Origin: the human T2T-CHM13v2.0 reference genome, Homo sapiens
Reading direction: 5' to 3' (one strand)
DNA: 64,000 nt
Assembly: GCF_009914755.1 (NCBI RefSeq)
Contig: NC_060940.1
Positions within the stretch are counted from its first letter, which is position 1. Each line of letters starts with the position of its first letter. This document shows, piece by piece, positions 58,491 through 64,000 of the stretch. A program made the translations under genes and the position numbers. The notes beneath the pieces are model-generated. The model saw only the letters and a program-made list of their open reading frames with translations, was not told where the DNA came from and searched no databases.

Positions 58491-61400
58491 TTTAATGCAA
58501 CAGAAGGAGGATGCCATGGGGTCCTCAGCTAAAAATGTTCCAAGCCTGAAGCCTAACTTGTAGGTTTCAGCCTAGTAGGTTTCCAGAAGGAATAGAGGTG
58601 GACAGGGAAGAGAGGTGGAAAAGGACCCCAACTGGGTGTGGGCTCAGAGTGTGGGACTAATGGTGAGATGGGTTTCTTCTACTATGCTACATGTCACAAA
58701 GCTGCTTGTCTTTCACTGGGAGCCTGCTCTCTTCCCTGGTGCTTTTTGGGTTTCAGTGTAGATAGAGGAGGAAAGAGCCACTAAGGTGCTTCGCAGAGCC
58801 AGCAGCCTCTCAGGCTATTTCTCAAGTTCCCAGATAGCTTGGGGGCTTAGCTGTGTTGGGAGTAGAATTAAGGAACCTTGGTTAGTGGGATAAATTCCTA
58901 TTCAGAGCAAAGCCATGAGGATCTTTTGGGAGCAAATGGGAAATGCAGAACATAGAGAACTAGAAAACATGGCCTTGGGAAAAAACATCATGAGAACCTT
59001 CTGACCAGGGCTGGTGATATCTGCAGCAGATCAGGAGGGCTTAGAAGATGTAAAACCATTAGAAACACATTCTAGCCAATCAAGTTGACCTCGCCTGCCA
59101 CAACAAACCCAATCCAACTAAACCCCACAGCACAGAAGTGCAGTTTGTGAAGCTGATGACCAAGTGCTCTCAGTGTCTGTAGAGTTATCCCATTCTCCTT
59201 CCAACGGTACCCATGGTTTAGGCTTCCTGACAATCAAACCCCACACCAGCTCTGTATATGTTCACCTAGACACGGGCCTTCCCCATCTTCATCCCCACTG
59301 ATGTCTCTGGCTGCCTAGGGTACAGCTGGGCCCATGGCCATCATCAAAGGGAAGGCAGGGGTGAGGAATTCGGGGAGCTGCCAGTGAAAAAAAGCTCTCG
59401 GAGTTTCCAGGTTCTTGAACATTTTCTCTGGAATGAAGGTTTATTGGCTCCTTGCTGGTTATGAGATTATACTCCAGTCCTCCAGAGATACGTGTGAAGG
59501 ATCATGTAAATCCCACATTCTGGCAGAAAGAGACAAACACTAATTTTTACATTAATGACATCTCAACATGGAGTTGCTCAGGAGAGCATCTGCTCACCCC
59601 TGATTAGAAAGCCTGAAGTGTGAACAGCATCTGTTCTCTCGCCTCTCCCTCTCTGTAATGGACAGCCACCAGAAGAGGTCTTAGCACCTGGTAAGCAGGT
59701 GTATTGCCCCTGAAGGAATAGGCAGGTACCTTTAACTATATGCATTACCTAGAACCTGTCATGAGCCATATGGCCATTTCTAGAAGGCTGGATAGGCTTT
59801 TGAGAAGATGCTTTTGATCATTCTACATGAGAGATCTATATAAACTGCCAAGGTTAATAGGGCCTGGCTTGGGGGCTGTCTCTGAGTATGCCACATATTC
59901 TGGGAAGAACTTCTGGGTGCTAGTCACTTGGCAAGCATCTCACTTTTGTCTTTGTTTGATAATGTTTTATTTACATTTGTAGAAATGGTCTGGATAGAGC
60001 TCTCTGTACCTCTCCTCTGGGTAAGCAGAGGGCATGCCTGGAACTGAAGTTTCTAAGTATTGATATTAGTGAGGTTCTGAGATGCCATGTAAGACCATGT
60101 TCAAGTTCATTATGTTACTTATCTTATAGATAGTTGTATAGATTGGGGAGGAAACCCTAAAAGCAAAAATAAAACAAATCAAAGGGAAACACTGCCCATG
60201 TTAGAAGACAGAAGGAAATTTATTATTAACAAGAGAAAGAAGTGGAATCAGGGCAGGTTAATGACCTTGGCTGTGATTAGTGTCCTTTACCGAGCACAGC
60301 ACAGGGTGTGACATGTGGGTATAGATATTTCTCCAGGGTGATGGCTAGGATGTCTCAGGCCTGAAGTAAAGGCATTCAGAGCCTGCAAAGGAGTTCTGAC
60401 ATTCCCTACTCCAGGGTGATGGCCCATGGCAGCATTCTGTGGCTTTAACTTCCAGCCCAAATCTAGAACCCCTTGACATTGTGAGTTATTTTATAGAAAT
60501 GCCAGGTTTTATTTTAGTAGAACACTTCTAGGAGGCTAAAATGAAAACTCAAAATATGTAAATTCTGGAGGTAACAGAACAATCACCTGAAAAAGGATCT
60601 TTTATGTCCATCAGCTCCTTTCAAATCTTAAGGTAAAACATTTTCCTGAAGCTTCTAAGAGAAATTGCCCAGCTCTTCCCTTGGTGCGAATGCTTCCTAC
60701 TGTGTGATGTGTGTGTGTGTGGCGGGAGCGGGCCTCAGGGGGTGCATAAGAAGGGGATGGGGTTCTTGATGGGTCACCAGGGAGAGCCTGAGGCCATGGT
60801 GAGGGGTGGCCTCTTGAGCCCAGGTAGGCTTGATTCCAAGACACATCAGTCATCTTTGTTCTGTTCATGGACTAAAGCTAGGAGGTATTCCTCGGGCTGG
60901 AAGCAGAAACTTTCTGGTATGTTCCATAGGGGACCTACATTTTGAAGAAGGTAGACAGTCTGCTGACAGTTTTGGAAGAAGCCAAGTCAACACATCTGGG
61001 ATTCAGAGATGGCATCTACCATGGAGGCAAGTGGCCTCCAGAGAGAGCTTGTCCTAACTGCCTTGAAACAAAAGGGAAGAGACACTGTGCTTGTCTAAAG
61101 GTAGAACCACCTTCAAACCCGGCTGCGATGTGTGTTTTAGACCAACCTACCAGAAGAGGAACACAGGTTTGCGTGAGGAGATGGGGATGGGGACAAGAAT
61201 CACATCAGAGGCAGCTGTGAGAAACCACTGCAAGATTAGAATTTTTGAGAGAGAATACCTGGGCAATACCAGAGTCACAGCTGGTAAAAGTTTGGGAAAG
61301 AGGCTATGAAGGAGACTCTGAACCCCGCTAGACCAGGAAATAACTCCACAAAGCCCTTCATGAAGCACCCAACACCAAGAGGGTAAAGACTGACTGATTT

Positions 61401-62561
61401 GCAGGAGGAGAACTAGGAGTTTCCATTGAAATTTCTAGGAAGGGGATTACAAATTTAAATGAAAGCCAGGAATCATCATAAATGGTACTTTCAAGATTTT
61501 GGTGCCTGTAATGTCCCTGTAGTTTAATTAACTATCTTCTATTCTCCTCTATTTTCTGCTATTGGTGCATGAAGACAATAGTGAGAAGATTCCCCCATGG
61601 ATCTGGGAATGAGGAAAATGAATTAAAGGAGTGTGGATTTTGAAGTTTAACTCTTTCTGGGCACAGTCACTTCAAAGAGACAGACTAAAGCCCAGGCCAG
61701 CATGGCCATGCCTGTTGGATGTAATAGAAGAACGTGTCCATCAGAAGCATGGTGGGTCAGGGTTGGGCAGCACAGGGCAAGGTGATTCACGGAGGTGGGT
61801 AATAAGAACCATTCACTGGAGCTGAAGCAGTATTGGAGTATTACTGGCAAAGTCAACGTGGATAAAGATTCAGTGAGTGTTGTCCAAAGACCTCGAGGAT
61901 TTGGGGTCATTGGCAAGAACTTCCATTGTACATTTGTTTCATCCGTTTTACTTTGATCAGATTCAACGCTCACTAGAAAACCTTTGCATTATTCCTTGGC
62001 TTTCTAAGTCAATATGCCAAAAAAAAAAAAAAAAAAAAAAAAAAAACCACAAAGCTCAGTATTGAAACTCTGAAATATCTAGTTTCTGGAAAAGTTATTC
62101 TCGCTGTAAATTAATACATTTATAGTTCGATTATGATTTTAGTGACAGAGCTTGTTGTGTTGGGATATTTATGACAATTGGATATATACAGTACTATACA
62201 TTTGTAAACTGTCCTTTTTTATTTCACAAATGTGGTTAAGTGAGTCTGTCCTTGAGAGGAGGAGGTCCCATTCCTGGAAGGTGGGTGTCATCGGTTTCTT
62301 AGCCTAGAAGGTTGAGAACCACATCTGGGAATATCATAAAACCAGCCAGGCGACAGACATCACGCTAAGCCTCAAAGCCTCTCCCAAGATAAGCAGCCCC
62401 TCTCCCCCAGGATGGACATGCTGTTCATATTGAAGTTTTCTACAAACAACAGCAACGATTCTTAAAACTATAAAGTGGGGGGCTGGATAATGTGCTTATT
62501 TTGGAGACAGTAGAATACAAGAAGATGGTGCTCAGTAACATAGTTTAAAAACAGGCCTGGG

Positions 62562-62879
<318 letters not shown>

Positions 62880-62964
62880 TCATATTGGCCATGGAAGAGG
62901 CAGAAATGTGAATTCTTACGGTTTTCTTTGATGGACGGATATTAGTCTCAACATCCACAGCCAC

Positions 62965-63378
<414 letters not shown>

Positions 63379-64000
63379 TCACTGTTTAGTGTTAGAAAAC
63401 GAAACTTGGTAGTGGCTGGGCATTTGCTGGTTTGGAAAGAGTATCGAATGTAAGGTGTGAATTTTTTAAAGGTTTAATTTGTGCATTTGTGCATTTGTTA
63501 AACATTTCTCATTGGCTTTGAGAATTAAGCTCCAACTACATTTCAGCACACTTTCTGAACACTGACAACCTCTTGCATGCGCAATCTGCAGAATTTTTAG
63601 GGTTGCCTGGTTTCCATTTGTAGAACTGGGTAAGAACGTTTACGATGTCAGCAAGTCCATTTGATTTTCAGTTAATGGCACAGATGGGAAGCTGCTGTGA
63701 AGCGCCTGATGGAGGGTCACCAGGAAAAAGAAGGGAGTGGGGGCCTGGGCTGGACAGGGGATGGATGAGAAGGCAGTGGCTGCCCTTTCACACTTTGTCA
63801 AGGGACTGGGGGGACAAGGGATGGTAAGGATGGAAGAGATGCATAAGCAAGAAGAATAGGGGACAGAGGGAGACCACATCTCTGGCTGGGCTTTACCCAA
63901 CAGGCACCTCCTCTGCAGGAAGTAGCTTTCTCCAATCCTACCGTGGAAAAGCCACCTGTGTCTCTTGCCCCAGTTCCAATGGCACCAGCAGGAATGGTGC

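Noticed and set aside
60021-60038. CTCF-like GCAGAGGGCA (and CCACTGGCGCTG at ~36499)
   Set aside because: Lack the key 5' CC and core positions; weak matches
62019-62046. Orphan poly(A) tract (also 833-852) as a processed-pseudogene tail
   Set aside because: No TSD, upstream poly(A) signal or retrocopy body evident

Overview
Primate (most likely human) genomic DNA: intronic or intergenic, rich in Alu, MIR, L2 and L1. I found no protein-coding exon of a recognisable gene and no tRNA, rRNA or CRISPR feature. The long ORFs in the track come from Alu/L1 sequence, TG/CA arrays or chance. The window has about 25 Alus (many with clear target-site duplications), THE1B, THE1C, MST, MLT1, LTR16 and LTR12F solo LTRs, several DNA-transposon fossils, and three large TG/CA-rich tandem arrays, one with a 305-bp higher-order repeat. 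Repeat-free, CpG-retaining blocks at 1-1550, 54000-54330 and 56550-57000 look regulatory. I could not identify the host gene. The best leads, all inferential, are: (i) a minus-strand LTR12F promoter pointing at a chain of well-bounded, phase-compatible candidate exons (108-aa spliced ORF); (ii) a THE1B carrying the PRDM9/hotspot-type CCTCCCT variant; (iii) a G-rich VNTR between two enhancer-like blocks; (iv) a cluster of short perfect hairpins in the first 1 kb. None is demonstrably a new biological system. Repeat subfamily names come from recalled consensus features, not from a RepeatMasker run.
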